The notes: generated by a model not told the origin, from the letters alone. Shown: positions 15,908 to 29,912, counted from the first letter of the stretch. The stretch: 64,000 nucleotides of DNA from the human T2T-CHM13v2.0 reference genome, Homo sapiens (GCF_009914755.1 NC_060936.1); one strand, 5' to 3'. Translations and numbers: made by a program.

Positions 15908-16129
15908 GGGGGCTGGACGATCTAGGGGGTGGGGCTGAGCCAGGGGCATGGCCAATCCAGGGGCCGAGCTGAGCCAGAGGAGTGGCTGACCCAGGGGTGT
16001 GGCCGAGCCAAGGGCGTGGCTGAGCCTGGGGCATAGCCAATCCAAGAATGGGGATGAGCCAGGGGCAGGGCCAGTCCAGGGGGCACGGTTGATCAAGGGG
16101 CGTGGCCAAACCGGGGTGGAGCAGAGCCA
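15908..16129. repeat. Degenerate 17-bp G-rich minisatellite, ~13 units (consensus ~GGGGCRTGGCYRAKCCA)
   Basis: In-phase units e.g. ggggcatggccaatcca 15943-15959, ggggtgtggccgagcca 15994-16010, agggcgtggctgagcct 16011-16027. Confidence 0.88.
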
Positions 16130-16309
16130 GAGAGCAGTGAGGAGGAAAATACAAAAAAAGGCCCTTGTCTTTGATGCCTTTCTCTCTGCAGCTCAAGGCC
16201 TGACCATTGACGTGTCTATCACATACTTCTCACTTCTTCCTCCAACGTTTTCTCATTTAAGTCTTAACAACTATCCTGTCAACATACTTCTTTCAAAAAC
16301 TGTTGATGA

Positions 16310-16555
16310 GATGCCATTCCATGAGTCCCCATCGTGAGAATGCTCACCTCCTCCATGCCCCCAGCTATGGTGATGCATCTGCCCCTGATATCACCTCACC
16401 TTGTCACCCCGATCTCTCCATACTGTCATGGTCTGTTAACTATCTGACCCTCCCCTAGACCACGAGCTCCCCAAGGGAACAGGCCTTATGTCTTGGTCAG
16501 AGCTGCAACCATGGCACAGAAACTCTGGAAATATAAGAGGAAAGAATCCATGAAT
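16310..16555 (+). mobile_element. L2 fragment
   Basis: ctcccctagaccacgagctccccaagggaacaggccttatgtctt. Confidence 0.6.
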
Positions 16556-16994
16556 AAGGGAACAGGTCCTCCAGTGAGTTCACAGAGGCCCTGGTGCTAG
16601 GAAAACTCAGCAGGGTGTCAAAAGAACACAAAGTACTGAGGCTAATTAGCTTTTCAACCTATCGCTTAATCTTCCAGGGCCTCAGTCTGCCTATCTGTCC
16701 AATGGCCATGAGCACACTTGCCCCACTCACCCTGCTAAGTTTGTGAGGAAACTGCAACTACCAAGACAAAATGGGGAAAGCTAATTCAGGGAGTTAAAGG
16801 ACTTCTTATAAGGGATGCCTGGTATATGCAAACCCCCCTCCCTAAAAGGGCAGGTATAGCCCTGGAGAGGTTGTCTCATGCACCCAGCAGGGCTAGAGCT
16901 CTGGACTGAACGCTGCACCAGAGAATGTGCACCTGCAGTCTTGTGTATTCTGGGTGAGAAGACCAAAAATTAGGACATAAAGCATTAATCTTCA

Positions 16995-17228
16995 GAATGA
17001 TACTGTTTATTAAGTGTTTGTTATGTGCCAGGCCCTGTGCTAAGCACTTTACAAATATTATCTCATTTAATCTGCACAGTCACCCTATAGGTAGGCAGAA
17101 TTACCTAAAGAAAAAATTGAGCCTCAGAAAGGTTAAGTAACTTCCTCAAGGTTGCAAAGCTTTACTAGCTGGGATTGGAACACAGGTCAGTCTGACCCCA
17201 AAGCCCTGGCTTTTAACTGCTATGTGCT
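16995..17228 (-). mobile_element. MIR
   Basis: tttattaagtgtttgttatgtgccaggccctgtgctaagcactttac...agaaaggttaagtaacttcctcaagg. Confidence 0.92.
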
Positions 17229-17754
17229 AATTTTATAAGGGTCAGATTAGTAAGAAGCAGATGTCTCAGTCCCCTGGTTGCCACTTTAAAGTTTAGCCGA
17301 GCAGAGGAGAAAGGGACATGGTGATGTAGGTGCTGGAGCTCAATAGCCTAGCCTTCTCTCACCCCAGGGCAGGGGCCAGAGCCCCCACCCCTCACAGAGC
17401 TGAGAAGTAGGCACCAGTGCACACAGGAATCCAGCCTACCTGTGCTTGATGGAGTTGCCAAGATCTCTGCGAGGGATCTGCGGGGACCAGCGTGGCACTG
17501 ACAGTGTGTCTACAGAGAGAAGAGAACAGCCTGTTACACAGAGGGTCAGAGACTGGGGTGGGCTCTGGCAAGGCCTGGAAGGAAAAGGGGGGCTCGTCAC
17601 CCTCAGGAAGGATACCAGTTGCCATCACTTGCTAAACCAAAGCCAAGTGGAACACTGGTTTAGCTTGTCACCTCAACTGACGCAAGGGCCCCTGGGCAGG
17701 GCTGCCAGGGGATGCCTTAAATGAAGCCAGCTGTGGAATGAATAAAAGTGAGCA

Positions 17755-17945
17755 TCACTTCCATTTACGGAGTGCTTGGTGTGTGCCAAGCATGTGCTAA
17801 GTGATTCGCATGCCTTAGCTTGCTACATTCTCAAAACAAACCCAAGAATAGGGGTTGCTAGCGTCCTCACCTTACAGAAGAAAAAACTGAGGCTTGGAGA
17901 GGGGAAGTCACTTGCTCTAGGTCATATACCTTAGAAGCCGCACAG
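17755..17945 (-). mobile_element. MIR
   Basis: atttacggagtgcttggtgtgtgccaagc...aaaactgaggcttggagaggggaagtcacttgc. Confidence 0.85.
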
Positions 17946-18239
17946 CAGCTGTGATTTTGGGTTCGAGGAACCTGAAATGAACATGTGCCCTTGCATGAAA
18001 GTTAGAGTGCAGTGGATTCCCAGTGCCAGCCATGCAAGTGATGCTTTTCTCATTTCTGCCATGCCTCTGTACAACTGCCAAGTTATTTATTTAACATTTT
18101 AGGCTGACTCCAATTTTTTTTTGTTTAAGTACACTTATTTTAAAAAGCAAACCCTATGCAGAAAGCCATATCAATTTCTGTATATTATAGATAATTATTT
18201 TAATAATGTCTAAACATGTACCACCTAAAGTTATGCTAG

Positions 18240-18672
18240 AGTAAGTAGGTGGGTGGATGAGTGGATAGATGAGCAGGATGGATAGGATGGATGGATAGGC
18301 GGGTGGGTGAGTAGATGGATGGACAGATGGATAGGTGGGTGGGTAAGTGGATGGATGCATGGATAGATGGATAGACGGGTGGGAAGATGGAGAGGTGGGT
18401 GGGTGAGTGGATGAATGGATGGATAGGTGGGTGGGTAAGTGGGTGGATGGATGAATAGATGGATAGATGGGTGGGTGGATGGATAGATAGATGGATGGGT
18501 GGGTGAGTGAGTGGATGGGTGGGTGGATGGATAGATGGATGGGTGGGTGAGTGAGTGGATGGATGGATGGATGGATGGATGGATGGATGGATGGATGGAT
18601 GGATGGATGGGTGAATGGAAAGATGGGTAGGTGAGTGGATAGACAGGTGGGTGGGTGGATGCATGATGAATG
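18240..18672. repeat. (GGAT/GGGT/AGAT)n compound tetranucleotide repeat
   Basis: Visible directly; pure (GGAT)n core ~18557-18610. Confidence 0.98.
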
Positions 18673-19139
18673 GGAATGAGGAAGAAACAAAAAAATGACT
18701 TCAGATGAGATGCCTGTCCCCATCTGGTCTCTTCTTTCATCCCTTAGGCTAAATCTCAGCGAACTGTACTATCACTCCATTACAGACTGAGTTCTGGTTC
18801 TCCCAAAGACCCTGTGCACCAGGTCCCACCTCCGCCCTACTGCCCATTGCCCACACCATCCTCCTGGCAGAGCTTGCAGGCCCCAGAGAGCTGTGAAACA
18901 ACGGCAGCAAGGAACTCGTCCTGCTTGTGGAATCTCCAGGGGACAGGGAGAGAAGAAGCAAGTGCCTGACCCTACACGCCCGTTCTCATTTCTCAGGCCA
19001 GATGGATGGAGCCAGCTCCCTGTTTTTGGAGCTGCAAATGCATGCCTCATTTTTCACAGCAATTGTTATGGAGTGGCACTCTCTTCGGGGAGCCGGGCAT
19101 GTCAGAACCTATCACAGAGCATTTAACCCCCAACCTACT

Positions 19140-19380
19140 CGCTCCTCTATTCTGTCTAATGACACCGTCGGCAGCCGTCTGAAAGCTGTTTCCAGAAATC
19201 CCAATTCTGCCCTTGTAAAGCTGGGATCCTTTATGAGAGAGCTAATGATTTTCCAAGCCCCAAAGGGCAGAGAAAACCTAAGAGGGAGACAGCATGATTT
19301 ATCAATCAGAATTATAGCCCGTGGGATTCCTTTAGTTTAACTAAAAACTAAATGTCATCAACCTCAAGCACATTTTACTA
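19140..19380. promoter_or_regulatory. Candidate PBX/HOX/MEIS-type element
   Basis: TGATTTAT 19295-19302 overlapping ATCAATCA 19301-19308; TGACA/TGTCA nearby; inference only. Confidence 0.3.
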
Positions 19381-19605
19381 CTTGTTTCGATTTCTGAGGG
19401 AAATAGAAAAGACAAGAGAAAAAAAAATTTTTAAGAGAGCATTCTTTCCATTCCTATCTCTTTTGGGGACTGAAGTCAGATGTGGGAGGAGGGATTCCAC
19501 CCATTAACTCCTTAAGGTGCTTTCTCCAGTGCGAGGGGTGGGTGGGAATGGGAGGATGGCGCTGGAGAGGAAGGGTTAGCGTCCTCACAAGGAAATCTAC
19601 AAAAC

Positions 19606-19780
19606 TAGGAGTGCTAAATGGGTTTCATTTCAGGGGCCACTAGTAGTGGCTGCCCAAAGAAGTGTGTTAAAATGGATTCTGAGGCTCAACAGGAAAGGGC
19701 ACTGAAACTGATTAGCAATGTCTGCCACGGGTGAAGAATAAGATTGTACCAACAGGTCCACATACATTTTCCACCTCTGC
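19606..19780. mobile_element. hAT MITE, MER117-like
   Basis: ggtttcatttc...gtagtggctgcc...ggattctgaggctc...gattagcaatgtctgccacggg...tttccacctctg. Confidence 0.7.
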
Positions 19781-19889
19781 AAGAGCAGGAACCACATCTC
19801 ATCTTTCCATCACCACCTCAAAGCATCGTGCCTGAAGCAAAGTACTTAATACATGTTTGCTGAATCCAAGATTATTATAATAGAAACAT

Positions 19890-20055
19890 CAAGTTTGTTG
19901 ATTACTCAGTAGGTGCTAGGGATTATGCTATGCATTTTATACCTGGAAGCTATCCCTCTGTGTGGTCAGGCTATCATTATTCCCGTTGTGCAAAGGAAAA
20001 CAAAAGGAGCTCAGAGAAGTGCAGTGACTTGCTAAAGGCCACACAGCCAGGCACC
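19890..20055 (-). mobile_element. MIR
   Basis: gctcagagaagtgcagtgacttgctaaaggccacacagc. Confidence 0.75.
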
Positions 20056-20115
20056 TGCAGATTCTCAATGAATAACTCTGCAATTGTTTGAAAGTCTTCC
20101 AGGAGCCCCCGCACC

Positions 20116-20353
20116 CCCGTTCTCAACCAGAGGAGTGCTCTTCCCCCTAGGGGATATCTGGCAATGTCTGGGGACATTTTTGGTTGTCACACTGTGTGTG
20201 TCTGTGTGTGTGTGTGCGTGTGTGTGTGTTACCAGCATCTGGTGGGGAGAGAGCAGGGATACTGTTTAACATCTTATAATGCACAGGGCAGACTCCCATA
20301 ATAAAGAATTAAACATCCCAAAATGTCAATAGCATCAAGGTAGAGAATTCCTG
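20116..20353 (+). mobile_element. MER20 with internal (TG)n
   Basis: ttctcaacc...ggcaatgtctggggacatttttggttgtcac (tg)n ...aaaatgtcaatagcatcaagg. Confidence 0.9.
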
Positions 20354-21338
20354 ATCTAGATGCTTCTCTGCTTGTCTAGCCAACTCCCTCCCTTATTATC
20401 ACCACCTCTCCATCAAAAATCCCCCAGATGGTGCTTCTGAGGCTCAACTCAGCAGAGAACAAATCCTCTTTTATTATAAGCACATCTCACTATTAGGTTC
20501 ATAGCCTAGTTATTCAGTTATTCTCAATTACAGCTCCCTTCAAAAAATAGATGTAATTAAGTTTAGTAGTTTGGTCTCATTTCCCAATATCTGGTTGAAG
20601 GGGTGAATTCTGTCAATTGCATTAAGTGGCTGCAGCATCATTAGTCTCAAGCAATAATAACCTCCACACAGCTTCCTACGTGGGCAAGAAGATTTGAACT
20701 TTGAGATCCTCTCTTTGCTTTCTTCGTTTGGATTTTATTAAACTTGCCAATGCAAGCCTTAAAGCAATGGAAAACTGTTGAAAGGGAAGGGGAAAAAATA
20801 TATGAAAATCCAGGCCTTATCATAACAGAGAAGGCAAACGACATTTACAGCAATTAAACCGATACAGAAACTTCTGCTTAACAATCAAAGCACCTATTAA
20901 GATGTCTCCATAGCTGAACAAAAGCTTCTTTTCTACTCTAATTTTCTGATAACAAGTCATGCAGACACAGAGGCAGAATTTTGTGCATCCCTGGTGCCTA
21001 TGGTCTCAGGAGTAGAATAATAGACATTTCTCCGTAGATATTTTCATTTCTAGTGCATAGAAAGAGAAAGAGGTGGAAGGAGGGAGGATTCTTCTCCCCT
21101 TGCACAGGTCTTGCTGTTGATGTCTTCTGAGAAATGCATCTGCCCAGAAGGGGCTTTGCACAGAAGAGGGAAAAGCCAGGAACCCTGGTCTTTGGAATCA
21201 CCTTAGCAGTCAGAGGGACAAACAGAAGGCCCAACAGCAGGAACCAACATTAACAAAGCATCCACACCACACACAGCTTCTTGATGAAAAATCAGGCTCT
21301 GACCTGGTGAATTTGAAAGCTCCCTGACGGATGAGCTA

Positions 21339-21854
<516 letters not shown>

Positions 21855-22280
21855 CTACTGTCAAACAGACAGACCCTTGACATATATTATCCCATTAATA
21901 CAAACACTACAGAGTATACACACACATAGCGTATCAGCCATGATCATTAGTGCCATTTCAACAAGGAAATTAAAAAGTTATCCCGACTGCCCAAGGTAAA
22001 TGCAAGTAAATGCCAGAACAGGGATTTTTAATTGAGCTGTGGCTCAATTAATGGAAGTGAATTTCATCTCCCTTTCACAGATGGGAATATTGAGGCTTAG
22101 AAGCAATATGCAATTGTCTAGAGCTGATAAGTGACTGAGTTGGGATTTAAACTGCAGACAGAAACAAACTGGATGCTTTTAGTCCAGAGTTCCCTCCAAC
22201 ACCCTGCTCAACCCATCCTATACTGCCAAGGCCTCCTACCTACCTCTGTCTGGGAAGGACCAAGGAGGCCTGGGAAGTGA

Positions 22281-22778
22281 TGTAATAGCATAATGCTCCT
22301 CTCCCACCCAAAAGATGCCCACGTCCTGATCCCTGGAACCTGGGAGTATGTTATCTTATCTGGCAAAAAGAGATGCTGAAGACGTGATCAAGTTAAGGAT
22401 CTTGAGATGGAGAAGTTACCCTGGATTACGCGGGTGGAACTAATGTCACCATAGGGCCCTTATAAGATGGAGGGAGGAGGGTGAGAGTCAGAGGTCAGAG
22501 AAGTGGACATGACAATGAAAGCCGAGGTCAGAGGGATGCAACTGCTGGTTTTGAAGGAGGAGGGGGGACAGCAGCCAAGGCACATAACTAGAAAAGGCGA
22601 GAATGGATTCTCCCCTAGAGCTTCCAGAAGGAACCAGCTCTGCCGACACCCTGATCTTAATCCCATTGGCATCCATTTCGGACTTCTGACCTCCAGAACT
22701 GTAAGATAATAAATCTGTGTTGTTTTCAGCCGCTGAGTTGGTGGCCGTTTGTCACAGCAGCCATGGGAAACTGACACA
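22281..22778 (+). mobile_element. MLT1D-like MaLR solo LTR
   Basis: aagatgcccacgtcctgatccctggaacct...ctccagaactgtaagataataaat...ggaaactgacaca. Confidence 0.9.
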
Positions 22779-23569
22779 GCACCTATCTTGTTCCAGGCAT
22801 GGTTTCAAGGGGATACGGTGAACGAGATAACCATGTTTCCCGAGTTTAGAGTCTACAGGGGGAAATCAGAAAGTAAATGAGCCAAGAAATAAGAGTCCAT
22901 GAGGAAAATGAAACCGTACCAACGTTGGGGTTGTTTTAAGGCAATGGGAGCCCCGATGTGCGTTAGAATGGAAGCAGCAGGACGCTGTGCTGGGCAGTAT
23001 GCATTTAAGAGCTCCCTCTGGCGGTCGAGGGGAAAATAGCCTGCCAGGCTGTAACTGGAAAAAACAGGGAGGGCCTCCCCGCCTCCCTATCCCTGCATCA
23101 ATGCTCCATCACCCCAACCCCTACCCAGGTCCAATGCTACAGCTCTAACCCTGACAAGACCATTCCTTCCCAAGGTCATTCTCCCAGCACAGGCCTTTCC
23201 CACCGGAGCTATCATGATCCCACCCACAGCCCCTCATAAAAAATCCACATCCCATCACTCCTCCATGTCCCTGGGAAAAGCAAAGGGGGTGTACTCATTG
23301 GCCCCACAGCCTGTATTATTTTTCAGAAGCCAACAGAGTATTTTTACTTCCTTGGCCATAAAGAAGGGTTTTGTCCCAAACCTACCAACTTGTAGCACTG
23401 GAATATCTGCTGTGGCATAGACTGATCTTAGAGGACAGTTCCTGAAGAAATTTTCATGGGATTTGCATTCCCAAACCCAAGCAGGGGAGGATAAAAAGGT
23501 AGCCATGGGAAGAAGGCAAAGCCAGTTTTAAAAAATTATTCTTTGCGATTTATCTGCTATGGGGACAAA

Positions 23570-23710
23570 CGATACTAGGCTGGGAGCTTTTGGGGTTTGG
23601 GCCTGGGTCTCATCTGTCACTGTATCCCCAAGTGTTGAGCTCAGGATCTGCTCTAAGAATATTAAATGTGTGTTTAATGGACAAATGAATGAATGAACAA
23701 ATGAATGGAC
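23570..23710 (+). mobile_element. L2 3' end
   Basis: tcactgtatccccaagtg...aatgaatgaatgaacaaatgaatg. Confidence 0.7.
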
Positions 23711-23839
23711 CGATAGTCAAGTCCTGGCTGAACCTGGTGTTTTTCTGATTAATGAGAAACTTACATGGCCCTGAGAGATCGTAGAGATAACTTTATCAGA
23801 CTCAGAGCAAATCTGAACTTATTTATCCTCAAAATACTC

Positions 23840-24270
23840 TGTGTGGTAGGGAAGAAAGTACACATTATAACTGTTTCACAGATGGCAAATTGAGGTAGAT
23901 GTGGGATGTGACCTGCTGTGTGTCTTTGGGCAAGTGACAACCCCATGAGCTTCAGTGTTCTCAGGCAAAAACTGTGAGTAAATATCAGTGCCCACTGTAC
24001 CTCATTGTGTTGTTTGAAGACTAAGTGGGATAATGCACACAGAGTATTCTGAGCATGAGAGCAATGCTCAGACATATTTACCGTATGTATCTTGCAGCTA
24101 TGTCTTCATTTAATCCACACAATCTTATGAGTTTGTATCCATAGTTTACAGATAAGGAAAGTAAGGATAACTAAATTGTTCAAAGTCATATAGCTAAAGT
24201 TCACCAAATATCATGAACTCTAGAGTTGAACCCAGTTTCCTATAAAATTAAAGCCTTCTATCCAGCTCCA
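23840..24270. mobile_element. Cluster of MIR fragments in both orientations
   Basis: tttcacagatggcaaattgagg (-); ctttgggcaagtgac...cctcattgtgttgtttgaagactaag (+); tttacagataaggaaagt...caaagtcatatagcta (-). Confidence 0.7.
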
Positions 24271-25474
24271 TACCATGTCCCCTTCTGAGATAAATGTAAA
24301 AATTATCTTAAAAGCCATGCCAGTCTAGAGTTGAAAAGGACCACAAGAAATAGTTTATTGCAGTCTTTGAATCGCTAAACCCTGTTGGATAAATAAGGAG
24401 CTACTCTACCCTAAATGTTTCCATGGAGATAAAGACCTCTGAGCACATAATATTATTAAAAATAATAGCTAACTTTTATTAAGCACCTATTACCCAGTGG
24501 GACCTAGATTATGTGATTTAGTTGTATTATTTCACTTAGTCTCCATAATTCCCTTTTAGGTGCTAAAGCTCAGGTTTGAACCCAAGAGCTCATCCTCAGA
24601 AATACCACAAAGGAACTGGAAGTTCCAAACTGCCCTTAAGCTTCCAGCCCAGGGACATGACAGACTGAGTGAGAACTCAGCAGAGGTGTTGCATTCAAAT
24701 CAACTAGCAAATTCATTGGGCCTAAAGGTAACTGAAACTAATAAAACTTAGATCATTAAACTTTTCTTTGGAGTCACAGGCCAGTCACCAGCTAAAATCC
24801 CACTGATTTATCCAAGGCGCCAACCAATCCTAGACTAAAGCTGCTCATGATATCATTCACATAGCAGAGGATAACTCTATTTGCTTTAATATCCAACTCA
24901 AATATATCAGATCTGAAAGTATTTTAATTATGTGCAGTTTCTAAAGGTTACAGCTCCATGATGCTTCAGGGCCAAGTGCTTCTTCATGGAGTTGGACATA
25001 ATTTTCTCCCTGAAACAATGATAACTCACCTCCCAAGATCCAAACATCATCATCTGGGGCCCTTGATGGCTATGGAGGCTTCCCTGGAATCCCTTGAAAC
25101 TGGTGAGTGCATAGACCAGGGTGGGCTTTGGTTTCATGTCATCGGGGAAGAAATAAGGCAGAGGGGACTGACAGTGATAAGAGATGCTAGGGGTGAGCAA
25201 GGATTCTTGATGGAAGAGATCATATACAGGGATTTCAGAGAAGTTTCCTGGGGCTCCCATGACATTGAGACAAAACAATGGGCAATGGCTAAGCTATTGA
25301 GACTATGGCCTCAGTTCCTGTCCACTGCAGGAATGCAAGTATTAGGGTCAATGCAATTCATGCATGTGTGGAGTTTAAGTTAGAGACAAGACCTTGAGTG
25401 TGGACCTCCTCTGGAGACAGAGTAGCATACTTTATTTCTGAACAGGAAGGGCCTCAAGGGCAATCAACTTGCCC

Positions 25475-25715
25475 AGTGCAGTGTGGGAGAGAGAGCATGG
25501 GGCTTTGACGTGAGCACACCTGTGACAAACACCAGCTCTGCCACTTACGAGCTATGGGATCTTGGTACTCTTACTTTTCTGAGGCTCGGTTTCTCCTATA
25601 AAAAAAGTGGTCATTGTATCTCCCTCATAAGATTGGTAGGAGGATTAAGTGGGGTGATATAATTGGAACAGTGCTCTGCCAAGTGCCTGATGTAGTATTG
25701 TTATTATTGTTTTTG
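25475..25715 (+). mobile_element. MIR
   Basis: ccagctctgccacttacgagctatgggatcttgg...aggattaagtgg. Confidence 0.85.
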
Positions 25716-25798
25716 TCACTGTCATCATCACTCTGCCTCTTGAATTTAACACATCAGTTAGAACATGACAAAGCTCTGTACGGACTATGACTTAGTGC

Positions 25799-25995
25799 CA
25801 GAGTTGGCAAACTTGACCCTCAGGCCAAATTCAACTCATTGTCTAATTTTATAAAGTTTAATTGGCACACAGCCACACCCACTCATTGACACACTGTCTA
25901 TGACAACAGGAGTAGTTGTAACAGAGACAGTATGGTCCACCAAACAAAAAATAATTATTACCTGGCCCTTTAAAGAAAAAGTGTGCCAAGTCCTG
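25799..25995. mobile_element. MER58A
   Basis: gttggcaaac...aaagtttaattggcacacagccacaccc...tggccctttaaagaaaaagtgtgccaagtcctg. Confidence 0.88.
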
Positions 25996-26762
25996 ATTTA
26001 GAGCTGTGAAACTCATTTTCTTGGCTAATCAGCAGAAAGATTTTTTCCATGGAGCCAGAAGACCAGGATTCAAGATCCCCTTCTGCCACTTACATGGTAG
26101 GAATCCTTACACAAATGGTCTGTAGTCTCCAAGCCAAAATACGTATAACCACTTGGTGTCACCCCACTGCCCACTTAATCCTAGCACCCTGTGAGGTGCA
26201 TTGTTTTGATCCCCGTTTTGCAGAAGAGAAGAGCCAGAAAAGGAGGACATGCAAGCAGCCCAGTCAAGATGATAGCCCAAGACTGTGTTCTTTCAACCCC
26301 TCACTGTCTCTTCGTAGAATAGTCCATGAGGGGGCAATGTCTCTACATGCAACTTCTGAAATCTGGGTCAACTCATGGGGGCAGAGGAAAAGAAAAATTA
26401 ACTCTTTCCTCTCACTGCTTCTGTCTGGATTAAAGAATTTGATTTTCTAGTTGTCACTCTATCAAAGCAGAGAGAAGACCTGGAGGAGTCTTCCTCCAGG
26501 GGAAGGAACATGCTGATCCCAGGCAGAAGAGGAAGAAATGCCCCTGCATCTGATAAAGCGGCACGACATAGCTGAGACCTGGGGGAGTCTTCTCTCTAAG
26601 TTACAATTGGAGGCAGTGGTGGTGGTGACGGATGAGATAGAGATAGGAGATGCCCTGCTAGGAGTGTCTCCAGGTAGCAGCTGATATTGGTAGGACCAGT
26701 GAGTGGTGAGGGCACTGCACCAATGGCAGCAAAGCAGATGAAGGGCTGGTATGTGGCGGCTA

Positions 26763-27181
<419 letters not shown>

Positions 27182-27271
27182 CTAGAAAAACCTTCAGGAT
27201 CTAGTGAAGATATATTAATGTATTTATTCTAATATTCACATACTCACCCTCAAAATCGCTTTCCCCCCAAC

Positions 27272-27563
<292 letters not shown>

Positions 27564-27629
27564 CACTTTCCCCTTTTTGAAAAGACCACCACCACCTGGT
27601 GTCTGAGACCTGGCAGGTAACCATCAAGC

Positions 27630-27910
27630 TAGGATCCCCTTAATTTGCTCTAAATCAAATGTGTGGACAGTGATAACATCCCTCCCTCTCCCAGTGAGAA
27701 ATGCGAATCCTAGAGTCATCACCTGTGATTTATTTCAGCCTTTCTCAGATGGCCTCAATTAAGTTTCATTGCCGGTAAAGAAAGAAAAGATGGCTGAGGC
27801 ATTTAATTACAGTTTCATAATGTGCTCACTGCTGAATTTATTAAAGTGCGTCAGGGATTTTTAACCTTGTAACCAAACAATGGGAGACCTGGGTGCCACA
27901 GGAGTAATTA
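27630..27910. promoter_or_regulatory. Candidate enhancer-like non-repeat element
   Basis: TGATTTAT, TAATTA and AACAAT clustered in unique DNA; inference only. Confidence 0.3.
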
Positions 27911-28724
27911 TCTTCCTTGTGGGGATGATGGATGGAGAATCTAAGATGGTAACACTAGGTCGGGTAGGGCAAGGGGTGTGGGGACACTGGTGGCCAATCG
28001 GGGGGTGGGGCACAAGACACATCCCATGGATCAGAGAGGGGAGTGTCATTAATTATCAATCTTCATTTGAATCTAAAGATGAGACATGTTTGAAAACTTA
28101 TCTTTCTTCCCTTTCCTGGCCCCACCCCCAAACCTTCCCTTCAAATTTCCCCTTGATATAATTTTACCGCTATGATCTGGAAAGAGGAGGGGAACATGGT
28201 CTGGAAAGAGGAGAGCAGCCCTGAGCATGTGCAAAGGCAGCTTGGAGACCTGGAGAAGCATGGGGCCTGGCTAGCGGTGCAGAGCCATCTCAACCCACAT
28301 AGATACAGGACTGTCTCCTTGACCCAAAGGAAAATGCTAATTCAAAGCTGGCTTCCCCTGCCTGGCTCGGACTTAAACGAGGACAAAACAAGAGCTGACA
28401 GAGGCCCCACACTGCCATCACCACAAATGTCCCTGCGAAGGGAGAAAAACAGCCAGCCCTGTGCTCCATCAATTTCCATTGTAAATGGCCTCACGTTGAA
28501 ATAAACCAACAGAAACAGCAGTAGCTTGATAGGTGCAGGGCAGGGGGAGATGGGAGACACGCAGACCACAGCCTGGAATCTGCAAGTTGGGCTTGACATT
28601 TGGACCCAGAAACTGGTGAAGACTTGTTTGTGGATTGCATGTTCCCAAGTCCAGGCAACTAGGGGGACACAAACCCCCTCTTTTGCCCGAGTTGGAATGT
28701 GCAAAATGGAATTAATTTACAGAT

Positions 28725-28900
28725 GCGGGCCTGAGTCAGAATTCTAGCTCTGTGCTTGTGTGTTCTGTCACCTGACTCTTTCCCTCTGTGCATCTCCTCC
28801 TCTGTAAAATGGGGGCAATGAAATCCATCTTGCAGGGTTTACCTGAGGATCAGACACTGGGAAATGAAGCAGGTACCTGGCAATAGTAGGTGTGCATTAA
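28725..28900 (+). mobile_element. MIR
   Basis: aattctagctctg...ctctgtaaaatggggg...tgaggat. Confidence 0.7.
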
Positions 28901-29912
28901 GAGGCGGATGGCCCCTAGAGCAATTCAGCTGCTTGTTTTTAGCTTTTCTTAGCTGTCTCTCTTCCTGGCTGGAGAAGACAAAATATGGGAAGAGGCTCCT
29001 TTGGGAAAGAAGCCATGACTGTAGAGAGAAGCTGCAGTGAGTTATGCAGAGGACAGAACTGTCTAGGTCCTTCTGACCATTTATTCCCCTTCTATCATCC
29101 TGTTCTCAGAGCGTGTCCACAGCACTTGCCTGCCTGGGTGTGATGGATGGGTCTTAAGTTCCTCACACACTACATCATCAATTACTTACATATTTATCGC
29201 CTTGAACTGAGTTTATGGATCTTAAATCAGAGCCATCGGAGTTGTCTGAGCTGAAATTCTCCCCTGATGGAAATATGATGTTTCTCATTATGTAGCCACT
29301 CTCTAGTTAATGTTCAGCGGAAGTTAATTGTCCACAGAACAAAGGGCTGCTGAGAAGTTCCCCCTACAGAACCATTCTGTGGAATTTACTGCCTGGATGG
29401 ACTGCTCGGGGACAGACCAGACAAGCTTGCTGCCAAAGACCCCAGCCAGGTTTTCAAAAACCCAAGACACCAGGCATCGTGGGGCTCTGGACTTCAGGCA
29501 ATAGACTGCCTCTCTCTCAGTTTCCTGAGACTTAAAGTGCCATCCGAAGAGATGTCACACTGTCTGTAGCTTGCAGACATGGTGGGGACAGCCTCGTGAT
29601 AAATAATATGTAAGTTCAAGACTGGGTGTCCATATTCCAAAGCCAGTCTTTCTGAAGCATCCCAAGTGAGGCCAGGAAGCCTGCTGAGGCGACAGGGTTG
29701 TGACAGGTGCTGATTGCATCCCTGAAAGTGAGACCTCTGGGGCAGGATACCTCTGCTGCAACAGGGCCATGGTTTATCAGTGAGAGGTGTTATCAGTAGA
29801 AGGAGGATACAGAGAGTCCCCACACCCCCAAGAACTTGGAGATAAGGAAGGAATTCCCCCGCAACAAGAGTTAAACCAGCCCAACCCCAACACATAAACA
29901 AAGTTAACCTAG

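Noticed and set aside
18154-18740. His/Pro/Ser-rich ORFs in three frames
   Set aside because: Translation of the (ATCC)n simple repeat.
26323-26340. CTCF-like motif ccatgagggggcaat
   Set aside because: Mismatches at core positions; cannot be supported without a PWM scan or ChIP data.
28176-28213. 14-bp direct repeat tctggaaagaggag
   Set aside because: Two copies only; an ordinary micro-duplication.
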